DNA of 64,000 nt from Thiolinea sp. (lineage in GTDB: Bacteria > Pseudomonadota > Gammaproteobacteria > Thiotrichales > Thiotrichaceae): positions 47,159 to 111,158 of the forward strand of contig JBATOI010000013.1 in NCBI GenBank assembly GCA_049290875.1. Direction: 5' to 3'. Shown here piece after piece: positions 30,254 through 38,365 of this stretch (its first letter is position 1; each line of letters opens with the position of its first letter). Under the pieces are notes generated by a model that searched no databases, was not told the origin of the DNA, and saw only the letters and a program-made list of their open reading frames with translations. Position numbers and translations under genes: made by a program.

Positions 30254-31153
30254 ATGTCTACCATCACTGAATCTGCTGGAGCTACAGCTCCAATGCCACA
30301 TAAACCGCGACGCTCGCTGGCGTGGCTGGGTATCTTGCCTTTTTTATTATTTGCTTTGCTGTTTTTAATTCTGCCAACGATGAATATCGTGATTGGTGCT
30401 TTTCAAAATCCAGCGGGTGAGTTTACTTTCGATAATATTCACAAGCTCTTTCAACCCTCGATTTTGGCTTCATACTGGATCAGTATTAAAATCAGCCTAG
30501 CTTCTGCACTGTTAGGTTGCTTGATTGGGTTTGCAATAGCTGCTGCGATTGTGTTGGGTGGCCTGCCAAATTGGGTACGTTCTCCGATCATGACCTTTTC
30601 AGGGGTGGCTTCAAATTTTGCGGGTGTTCCTTTGGCTTTTGCCTTCATTGCTACCTTAGGCCGTTTAGGTTTAGTCACAGTACTCTTGCGCGATTGGTTT
30701 GGGATTAATCTGTATGCGCATGGTTTCAATATCCTGAGCTTTTGGGGCTTGACCCTCACTTATTTATTCTTCCAAATTCCCTTGATGATTTTGATTATCA
30801 CGCCCGCTTTAGATGGCTTAAAGCGTGAATGGCGCGAAGCAGCAGCGATCTTGGGAGCAAATGGTTTTCAATATTGGACGATGGTGGCTTTGCCCATTCT
30901 GTGGCCCGCTTTGTTAGGTACTTTTGCTTTACTGTTTGCGAATGCTTTCGGTGCAGTGGCGACGGCTTATGCCTTAACGGGTAGTTCGCTGTCGATAGTG
31001 CCGATTGTGTTATTTGCACAGATCCGTGGTGATGTGCTGCAAGATCCACACCTAGGCTATGCCTTAGCCTTTGGCATGATTGTCATCACGATTATTGCGA
31101 ATACGATTTATCTATGGATGCGGGCGCGCAGCGAAAGATGGGTGAAATCATGA
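30254..31153 (+). CDS. ABC transporter permease
   Basis: 299 aa with 6 TM segments and a binding-protein-dependent transport permease domain. Confidence 0.88.
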   Translation: MSTITESAGATAPMPHKPRRSLAWLGILPFLLFALLFLILPTMNIVIGAFQNPAGEFTFDNIHKLFQPSILASYWISIKISLASALLGCLIGFAIAAAIVLGGLPNWVRSPIMTFSGVASNFAGVPLAFAFIATLGRLGLVTVLLRDWFGINLYAHGFNILSFWGLTLTYLFFQIPLMILIITPALDGLKREWREAAAILGANGFQYWTMVALPILWPALLGTFALLFANAFGAVATAYALTGSSLSIVPIVLFAQIRGDVLQDPHLGYALAFGMIVITIIANTIYLWMRARSERWVKS

Positions 31154-31953
31154 GTATTTTTCGTTCCAGCCGCTTTTGGTCATGGATAGTGTTGAGCTTA
31201 GGCATTCTTTATTTTGCCTTGCCGCTGATCGGCACGTTTGAATTCTCTTTACGCATGCAGCGCGGTGAATATAGCTTTGAAGCTTATCGGGTAATTTTAG
31301 GTGATCCACGCTTTCAAGCAACTTTTATGTATTCAGTATTGATGGCGTTGCTCACCATTGTCATGGGCGTGCTGTTAGTAGTGCCAACTGCTTATTGGGT
31401 ACGTCTGAAACTGCCACGTTGGCGGCCAGTGGTCGAATTCATCACCTTATTGCCCTTGATTATTCCAGCGATTGTCATCGTGTTCGGTTATATCCGTATG
31501 TATAACACTTCTTCAATTGTGCCACTGACAGGGACGGCTTTTGGTACCGATATTTTAATGGTCGCTGGCTATACAGTGCTGGCTTTACCGTATATGTATC
31601 GGGCGGTAGATACCGGTTTACGCACCCTAGATATCACTACCTTGACGGAAGCGGCAGAGAGTTTAGGCGCTGGTAAAATTACGATTCTCGCGAAGATTAT
31701 TCTGCCGAATGTGTTGGTGGCCATTTTGTCGGGTGCTTTCTTAACCTTTGCTATTGTCATTGGCGAGTTTGTATTTGCAGCACTCTTGAACCGTCCCGCT
31801 TTCGGCCCCTTTATGCAGCTAATTGGAGCTAATCGTGCCTATGAACCCGCTGCGTTAGCCGTGATTGCTTTTAGTATTACTTGGCTCTGTATGGGGCTGA
31901 TGCAATTAGTCACACGCTTGCAAAAACACACCCAAGTTAAACAATTTAGATAA
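31150..31953 (+). CDS. ABC transporter permease
   Basis: ATG at 31150 forms an ATGA overlap with the upstream stop. EAA loop TEAAESLGAG. Confidence 0.88.
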   Translation: MSIFRSSRFWSWIVLSLGILYFALPLIGTFEFSLRMQRGEYSFEAYRVILGDPRFQATFMYSVLMALLTIVMGVLLVVPTAYWVRLKLPRWRPVVEFITLLPLIIPAIVIVFGYIRMYNTSSIVPLTGTAFGTDILMVAGYTVLALPYMYRAVDTGLRTLDITTLTEAAESLGAGKITILAKIILPNVLVAILSGAFLTFAIVIGEFVFAALLNRPAFGPFMQLIGANRAYEPAALAVIAFSITWLCMGLMQLVTRLQKHTQVKQFR

Positions 31954-31964
31954 GAGCAGTTCTC

Positions 31965-33026
31965 ATGGCATTCCTTGAAATTAGCAATTTACAAAAAGAC
32001 TACGCAGGCAATCGTGTGGTAGAAAACTTCAATCTGGCCGTAGAACAGGGTGAGTTTGTTTCCTTTTTAGGCCCGAGCGGCTGCGGTAAAACCACCGTGC
32101 TGCGGATGGTGGCAGGCTTTGAAACGCCTAGCTCGGGCATGATTCGCATTGATGGTAAGGATGTGGTCGATCTTAAACCCAACCAGCGCAATATTGGTAT
32201 GGTCTTCCAAGCCTATGCACTGTTTCCGAATATGACGGTGGCGCAAAATTTGGCTTTTGGTTTGAAAGTAGCGGGCAAACCAAAAGCAGAAATTGATGCT
32301 ACTGTGAAAGAGATGTTGGCTCTGATTAAGTTAGAGGAGTTAGGCCAACGTTATCCTTTCCAACTTTCCGGTGGTCAGCAGCAGCGGGTGGCGTTAGCGC
32401 GTGCTTTAGCCGTGAAACCAAAACTTTTGTTATTGGATGAGCCACTTTCAGCCTTAGATGCGAAAATTCGCGTTTCATTGCGCGAAGAGATTCGGGCGAT
32501 TCAACGTAAATTACAGATTACCACCATCTTCGTGACCCATGATCAAGAAGAGGCTTTATCCATGTCTGATCGGATTGTGGTGATGCATAAAGGTAAGGCT
32601 GATCAATTGGGTACGCCCTTTGAAATTTATAACCAACCAAAAACCCGTTTCGTCGCTTCCTTCGTGGGTACGATTAATGTGCTTGAGGGGCAAGTATTAG
32701 ATGCACAAACAGGCCGATTTAGCCTGAATGGAGCTGAGCTGAACTTAGGTAGAAGCCTAGGCAATTTTAAAGCAGGGGATAGCATCGCTTTAGCACTACG
32801 CCCAGAAGCTGCTAGTTTAGGTGCAACGATGGGTAAATCAGCGCAACTGACTGGAATTGTGCAGGATGTCAATTTCCTAGGTTCAGTGATTCGGGTGCGC
32901 GTGAAAATAGGCGAGAGTGTGTTGTCTTTAGATGCTTTCAATCAGCCTTCAGTTGCTCCGCCGAAAGCAGGCGATACAGTGATTGTAAGTTTTGCACCTG
33001 AGGAGTTATTGCTGCTAGCTAATTAA
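31965..33026 (+). CDS. ABC transporter ATP-binding protein (PotA/FbpC-like)
   Basis: Walker [19 protein letters not shown]-terminal TOBE-like domain. Confidence 0.92.
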   Translation: MAFLEISNLQKDYAGNRVVENFNLAVEQGEFVSFLGPSGCGKTTVLRMVAGFETPSSGMIRIDGKDVVDLKPNQRNIGMVFQAYALFPNMTVAQNLAFGLKVAGKPKAEIDATVKEMLALIKLEELGQRYPFQLSGGQQQRVALARALAVKPKLLLLDEPLSALDAKIRVSLREEIRAIQRKLQITTIFVTHDQEEALSMSDRIVVMHKGKADQLGTPFEIYNQPKTRFVASFVGTINVLEGQVLDAQTGRFSLNGAELNLGRSLGNFKAGDSIALALRPEAASLGATMGKSAQLTGIVQDVNFLGSVIRVRVKIGESVLSLDAFNQPSVAPPKAGDTVIVSFAPEELLLLAN

Positions 33027-33211
33027 GCCGCTAAATCGGCGGGGCCGGAGTCGGCCCCCACCTTGGCTAGCAATTTGCGTAATTGACGCTTATCCGCTTG
33101 GCGTTCAGCGGAGCGAGTTTTTTGATGTGCGCCCCCTTTGCTCATAATGGCAGCACGCGCGATTGGATTGGTGCGGCTAGGTAATTTAAGCCGCGGCTTT
33201 TTCTTCGACAT
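33023..33211 (-). CDS. 62-aa highly basic protein, function unknown (ArfA-like architecture, speculative)
   Basis: Strong RBS AAGGAG 7 nt before the ATG at 33211. K/R-rich sequence. GC hairpin inside codons 52-57. Overlaps the 3' end of the upstream ORF by 26 nt. Confidence 0.55.
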   Translation of the reverse strand: MSKKKPRLKLPSRTNPIARAAIMSKGGAHQKTRSAERQADKRQLRKLLAKVGADSGPADLAA

Positions 33212-34121
33212 TGATCGACTCCTTGGTCGGTAGTTTGTACCAACTGGCTGCTCCCTTCTGTGCGCGTTGTGCCTGGGCAGTTTGCCGCAAGTTTTGCAAG
33301 AAGCGAGGTACTTCGTTGGTCAGTTCAAAAGCAAACTTCTGGGGTAAATCGCTATACAACGAGCGCGGTGGCTGATGGTCTCGAATCCCTTTCATTAGAT
33401 TGCCGGTTTCAAAACTATTATAAAAAATATCACTAATGCCTAAATCAGTGCGAATCAAGCGGATGGCAGCAGCTAAAGCCGCTTCATCCCAGATTTGCGC
33501 ATAAGGCTTGAGCACTTGTTCACGGTACTCATTCAATTGTGGGTAATAGCGTTGCCGCCATTCACTTTTCACTTGGCGCACCCAATCGGATTGAATTTCT
33601 TCAATCAAAGCCTGATTAGACTCGAAATCTAAATCAATCCTTACCCAAGCTAGCGTTTCGTAACGCCCGTTTTTAACCACCGGATGGTTCCAGCTTGAAA
33701 ACTCGGCAGGGCTAACTTCTTTAACCCAGCGGCTATATTGCTGCTGATGGTCATTCGCAAAGTTCAGCTGCAACACCAAGTGATAACCGGTGCGACTCAG
33801 TTGTTTATACTGCCGCTCGCTATTGCGTTCACTGCCCCAGCTCGCCAAAGTCAGCACAAAGTTTAAAGCGGGCTGTTGGCCTGCTACCCAATCCAAATGC
33901 ATGGGTCTGAGTGGTCCTTTGCCTGCCAGTGCTAATGCTTGTTTGACCAACGTTTTTTGTAAAAGTTTGGCATAGGGCGATTGGCGTAATTCAGCAATAC
34001 TCATGCCAGTGCCAATATAATCACCTAATAGTGCTAAGGCATAAACATCACGCTGATAACGAAACAGAGTGCGTTCGCCTTTTAAACAGGCCAAAATTTC
34101 CTCAACTTGCACGAAATCCAT
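33186..34121 (-). CDS. 311-aa hypothetical protein downstream of rtcB
   Basis: GAGGA RBS 7 nt before the ATG at 34121. Uninterrupted ORF with ordinary composition. No family recognised by eye. Confidence 0.6.
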   Translation of the reverse strand: MDFVQVEEILACLKGERTLFRYQRDVYALALLGDYIGTGMSIAELRQSPYAKLLQKTLVKQALALAGKGPLRPMHLDWVAGQQPALNFVLTLASWGSERNSERQYKQLSRTGYHLVLQLNFANDHQQQYSRWVKEVSPAEFSSWNHPVVKNGRYETLAWVRIDLDFESNQALIEEIQSDWVRQVKSEWRQRYYPQLNEYREQVLKPYAQIWDEAALAAAIRLIRTDLGISDIFYNSFETGNLMKGIRDHQPPRSLYSDLPQKFAFELTNEVPRFLQNLRQTAQAQRAQKGAASWYKLPTKESINVEEKAAA

Positions 34122-34129
34122 ACTAAAAT

Positions 34130-34244
34130 CCTCGTAGCCATCAGCCTCAACTGATGGCGAAATGTCAGGTTTTAAATCCCACTGCTAACAGCAGTCTGCT
34201 CTTTAAGAGCGAATGACAAGGGGCTATTCGTCCCCAATACGAGG
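34130..34244 (-). other. structured rtcB-311aa spacer (cloverleaf-like fold / anti-SD helix), overlapping a 32-codon sORF (34165..34263)
   Basis: On the minus strand, CCUCGUA (34244-34238) pairs with UACGAGG (34136-34130). Internal hairpins at 34220-34235, 34181-34195 and 34137-34158. The 3' arm contains the SD of the 311-aa gene. Confidence 0.3.
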
Positions 34245-34288
34245 CAAGTTTTTGAGTTTTCATGATCATTCTCCTAATAAGTCGTGCA

Positions 34289-35485
34289 TTAACCTTTAAT
34301 GCACACCACTTGTTTTAAAGTATGGACAACTTCCACCAAATCAGTTTGGTTTTGCATTACCCCATCAATATCTTTGTAAGCGCCAGGGATTTCATCCACA
34401 ACACCCCTATCTTTGCGGCATTCAATACCGCGAGTTTGTTCCGCTAAATCCCGACTATTAAAGCGCCGCTTGGCTTCAGTTCGGCTCATCTGCCGCCCTG
34501 CACCATGTGAGCAAGAGCAGAAGGATTGCTTATTACCCAAACCCCGCACAATATAAGACTTAGCACCCATGCTGCCAGGGATAATCCCCAGCTCTCCTTC
34601 ACGCGCACTAATCGCACCCTTCCGAGTGAGATAGACTTCCTCGCCAAAATGCGTTTCTTTTTGCACATAGTTGTGATGGCAATTGATCGCTTCCCGCGTA
34701 GTAGTGAAAGGCTTCAATTGTTTCTGCAAAGCATCCAAAACTAAGCGCATCATTTCGCGGCGATTGAGGGTGGCATAATCTTGCGCCCAGCTTACTGCTT
34801 GTACATAGTCATCAAAATGCTGCGTACCTTCAGTGAAATAAGCGAGATTCTGGTCAGGGAGATTACCTAAAGCTTTACCCATATCTTTCTTCGCTTTTTC
34901 AATGAAATAGCGTCCAATCACATTGCCAATGCCACGGCTACCTGAGTGCAGCATCACCCACACTGCATCACTTTCATCAAGGCAAACTTCGATAAAGTGA
35001 TTGCCGCCCCCCAAACTACCGAGCTGCTTGCCCCAAGTCCGTTCAAAATTACGCTGCATTTTGATTAGACCGGGATGTTTAGCGGTAATTGCATCCAGAT
35101 GCTTGCCGATATTATTTAAAGTCGCAGCTTGCACCGTGGCACTGTCATGCTCTTCAAATCCTACCGGCACGCGTTTTTCAATCGCACTACGCACGGCATG
35201 TAGATTGTCTGGCAAATCGCTAGCTTTTAAAGACAAGCGAATCGCATTCATTCCACAACCAATATCCACGCCGACTGCGGCAGGAATAATCGCGCCTTTA
35301 CTCGGAATCACCGAACCCACCGTTGCACCAATCCCATAATGTACATCGGGCATCGCGGCTATATGCGAGTGAATAAACGGCAACTGTGCCAAATTGCCGA
35401 GCTGATTAATCGAACCTTGATCAATATCTTCAGTAAATACTTTGACCGGAACTTTGCCCTGATTGAGCATTAATTTAATAGGCAT
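34289..35485 (-). CDS. rtcB: RNA-splicing ligase RtcB (3'-phosphate/5'-hydroxyl RNA ligase)
   Basis: GGGNHFIE, HSGSRGIGN, CHHNY and SCSHGAGR motifs. AGGA RBS before the ATG at 35485. The track start at 35515 adds 10 residues with no RBS. Confidence 0.95.
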   Translation of the reverse strand: MPIKLMLNQGKVPVKVFTEDIDQGSINQLGNLAQLPFIHSHIAAMPDVHYGIGATVGSVIPSKGAIIPAAVGVDIGCGMNAIRLSLKASDLPDNLHAVRSAIEKRVPVGFEEHDSATVQAATLNNIGKHLDAITAKHPGLIKMQRNFERTWGKQLGSLGGGNHFIEVCLDESDAVWVMLHSGSRGIGNVIGRYFIEKAKKDMGKALGNLPDQNLAYFTEGTQHFDDYVQAVSWAQDYATLNRREMMRLVLDALQKQLKPFTTTREAINCHHNYVQKETHFGEEVYLTRKGAISAREGELGIIPGSMGAKSYIVRGLGNKQSFCSCSHGAGRQMSRTEAKRRFNSRDLAEQTRGIECRKDRGVVDEIPGAYKDIDGVMQNQTDLVEVVHTLKQVVCIKG

Positions 35486-35515
35486 ATTTATCCTTAACTT
35501 AAATAGTCCGGGCAT

Positions 35516-35695
35516 AAAAAAACCCGGAGACTTGCGCCATCCGAGTTTGAATACATGCCAACACCTAAGTGTCGCACTTTGCCGGATAACCGCTTAAGCA
35601 GTCTCTCGGCGAAATGCGGGAGACTTAAAATTTCATTGAATTTCCAAAGGTGTATTGAACGAGCATGTATTGGGTCTCCATAATTAGGTTGATAA
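35516..35695 (-). ncRNA. candidate structured RNA / cis-regulatory leader upstream of rtcB
   Basis: Three nested perfect helices (6, 9 and 6 bp) plus an inner hairpin, ending in GGG + U7 (35525-35516). Possible promoter TTGACA (35733-35728) N18 TACGCT (35709-35704). The 5' end is a guess. Confidence 0.35.
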
Positions 35696-35772
35696 TGCTT
35701 GCTAGCGTAGTCGGCAAAGGGCATCAGTGTCAAGACCCGATACTCTACCATTAATCTAAAATTTAAACGGTA

Positions 35773-36939
35773 TTAGTCACTACCAAATAAATCACGAGTA
35801 TAAACTTTAGCAGCGACTTCTTGCAGATCAGGATGCATCCGATTAGCAATAATGACATCGCTTAAAGCTTTGAATTCATTCAAATCACGAATCACTTTAG
35901 AGTTAAAGAAAGTATCCTCGGTTAATTCAGGCTCATATAAAACCACTTGAATACCTTTAGCTTTAATCCGCTTCATAATCCCTTGAATTGAAGAAGCACG
36001 GAAATTGTCCGAGCCGGCTTTCATGATCAAGCGATAGACACCCACCACTTTTGGCTGCTGCTGAATAATACTATCCGCCACGAAATCTTTGCGGGTTGAA
36101 TTGGAAGCTACTATCGCTTGAATCAGATTTTGTGGTACTTGATTGTAGTTGGCTAATAGCTGCTTAGTATCTTTCGGCAAGCAATAGCCACCATAGCCAA
36201 ACGAAGGATTATTGTAGTGCTTGCCAATACGGGGATCTAAAGATACGCCTTCAATAATCTGGCGGGTGTCTAAGCCATGCGTGGCTGCATAAGTGTCCAG
36301 TTCATTAAAATAAGCGACGCGCATGGCTAAATAAGTATTCGCAAAGAGCTTAACGGCTTCAGCTTCAGTGGAATCCGTAAACAGGACTGGAATATCTGGT
36401 TTAAGCGCGCCTTCTTGCAAGAGTTTTGCGAAAGTGGAGGCACGCTCGGAGCGCTCACCTACTACAATCCGTGAAGGGTAGAGATTGTCATATAAGGCTT
36501 TGCCTTCACGCAAAAATTCGGGCGAAAAAATCAGATTTTGACTGCCGGTTTCTTGGCGTAAATGTTCGGTATAGCCGACCGGAATCGTCGACTTGATCAC
36601 CATTACTGCCAGCGGATTCAAAGCCATCACATCTTTCACCACGGCTTCGACAGAGCGTGTATTGAAATAGTTGGTTTGAGTATCGTAATCGGTTGGCGTG
36701 GCGATAATGACAAAATCTGCATTCTCGTAAGCAGCCTGTTTATCGAGAGTGGCACGAAAATTTAAGTCTTTACGCTGTAAAAAAGCTTCAACTTCAGTAT
36801 CAATAATCGGTGATTTGCCTTGATTGAGCAGGGCAACCTTTTCGGGAATGATATCGAGGGCGATAACTTCATGATTCTGGGCTAAGAGTAAGGCGTTGGA
36901 TAAGCCTACATAGCCCGTGCCCGCAACTGCAATTTTCAT
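35773..36939 (-). CDS. ugd: UDP-glucose 6-dehydrogenase
   Basis: N-terminal GTGYVGL Rossmann motif, catalytic GGYCLPKD, 388 aa. Confidence 0.93.
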   Translation of the reverse strand: MKIAVAGTGYVGLSNALLLAQNHEVIALDIIPEKVALLNQGKSPIIDTEVEAFLQRKDLNFRATLDKQAAYENADFVIIATPTDYDTQTNYFNTRSVEAVVKDVMALNPLAVMVIKSTIPVGYTEHLRQETGSQNLIFSPEFLREGKALYDNLYPSRIVVGERSERASTFAKLLQEGALKPDIPVLFTDSTEAEAVKLFANTYLAMRVAYFNELDTYAATHGLDTRQIIEGVSLDPRIGKHYNNPSFGYGGYCLPKDTKQLLANYNQVPQNLIQAIVASNSTRKDFVADSIIQQQPKVVGVYRLIMKAGSDNFRASSIQGIMKRIKAKGIQVVLYEPELTEDTFFNSKVIRDLNEFKALSDVIIANRMHPDLQEVAAKVYTRDLFGSD

Positions 36940-37168
36940 CGTTTTAACCTTTAACTATTCTCTTTAGTTTTGCTTGAGAATTATATACCTGTTCGTTTAA
37001 TAGGACTCACGTTTATTGCATGACAGCAGTTGTTTTTTCTACTATCAGTATTTTTATAGACGGATAAAACCTAGATGGGTATTGATGGTCAAAGCTTAGC
37101 TTACTATTGAAGTAGCTGCACAGACTGCTGTAGTGTTTTAGTGATCTTGGGATCTGAGGAGAGTTTGC

Positions 37169-37885
37169 ATGAAAAAAATTATTTTACCCGCCGTATTGAG
37201 TTGCCTAGTGGCTTGTACAACAGCTTCCGAGCAAGTACCACCCCATAAAGCTAAACCGCCTGTGACGCAAGTGGCTTGGACGAGTTTAACAATCACTGGG
37301 ACTACCTACCAACCTGATCCTGTCGAATTAAAGATTCGTGAATTGGAACAGGCCGGGCAACTCAAGCTGCTCAGAGTGATGGAATCCTTTCCGGCTCAAT
37401 ATGAAATCAACGGCTCAGTACAAGCTTTAACTGCGGTGCAAGAGGCTGCTAATACGCTGCCAGTACCGAAAAAAGATTTAAAAGCACTAGCAGCTTTAGA
37501 TGCAGCGGAAGCTGTATGGAAGCAGAAGCGTCCTGAACATTATGCTTATCAGCTTCAGCCTAGCTGTTTCTGCCCACCTGAATATACGCAGCCGATTGCG
37601 ATTAGGGTATTTAAAGGTTTGGTGCAGCAAGCGGATTTAGTCACCTCCAAACAGCCATTGCCTGCTAATCGCAAAGCCGATGCCAAGACTATTGAAGAAC
37701 TGTTTAAACTGATTCGGGATGCGATTAACCGCCCCGCTGCTAGCGTTAATGTGACTTATGACAAGCAATACGGTTTTCCTAGCTCTATCAGCATTGATTT
37801 GGATCAGAGGATGGCCGATGAGGAAATGTATTACAGCGTGAAGGAATTCAAAGCAGCGAGTGGTTTGAAGCCTGTTCAACAGTAA
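37169..37885 (+). CDS. lipoprotein of unknown function
   Basis: Lipobox LVAC at residues 13-16 and a GAGGAGAG RBS. No catalytic family recognised. Confidence 0.7.
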   Translation: MKKIILPAVLSCLVACTTASEQVPPHKAKPPVTQVAWTSLTITGTTYQPDPVELKIRELEQAGQLKLLRVMESFPAQYEINGSVQALTAVQEAANTLPVPKKDLKALAALDAAEAVWKQKRPEHYAYQLQPSCFCPPEYTQPIAIRVFKGLVQQADLVTSKQPLPANRKADAKTIEELFKLIRDAINRPAASVNVTYDKQYGFPSSISIDLDQRMADEEMYYSVKEFKAASGLKPVQQ

Positions 37886-38365
37886 GCTGGACAGGCTAGT
37901 TGGACGCGCAGTGAGCGCTTGCTGGCTGCGTTTGAGTTGGTATTTTTGCGCAAATTCTTGGTCAAGCATTTGGTAGTGTTTGATCCTAATTAAGGTCCAA
38001 GCCTTACGTACTTCAGATAAGTGATGGCTTAAGGCTTTATATACCTTTTTCCAGATCAAAATGAGTAGTTAATAAATTTTAAAATAATGATGAATGAGTT
38101 AATTATTGAGTATTCGCCATCTATTTAATCTGCCCTCTATCCCTCTTCCAGTTGGTTTGCTGTATGGCTATGGGTCTGAAATTTAGATGCCAAAATAATC
38201 CATTTAATGAACTGACTGCTTTGTGCCAATCGTGAAAAAATCTATAAAAATTTTGAACTTAGCTCAAGTTGAGTCCACTAATACTTTGAGGGAACATGCC
38301 AAAATAAGTCCATTTTTACTTGGTTCATCTCTTTCCAGTTGTTCAACCTAAAAGGAAAGCCAATC

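Noticed and set aside
34130-34244. Cloverleaf-like element as a genuine tRNA (anticodon-like GUU)
   Set aside because: There are 24-nt and 22-nt insertions where a tRNA has 1 nt and a variable loop. The T-arm has 8 bp with the loop UUGAGG (no UUCRA), and there are no D-loop GG or discriminator/CCA features. At most it is tRNA-like.
35494-35751. 85-aa minus-strand ORF between ugd and rtcB
   Set aside because: It has no SD before its ATG and no recognisable family. It runs through a U7/hairpin region and the rtcB RBS, and it coincides with the nested-helix RNA structure. It is treated as non-coding.
35486-35772. Sigma-54 / RtcR-type control of rtcB
   Set aside because: No rtcR gene is present in the window. 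The only GG-containing candidate (TTGGCATGTATTCAAA) lacks the -12 TTGC element at the correct spacing.
37637-38059. 140-aa minus-strand ORF
   Set aside because: About 250 nt of it is antisense to the well-supported lipoprotein gene (37169..37885). There is no RBS and no family. The non-overlapping N-terminal ~58 codons could be a gene remnant, but I cannot support that.
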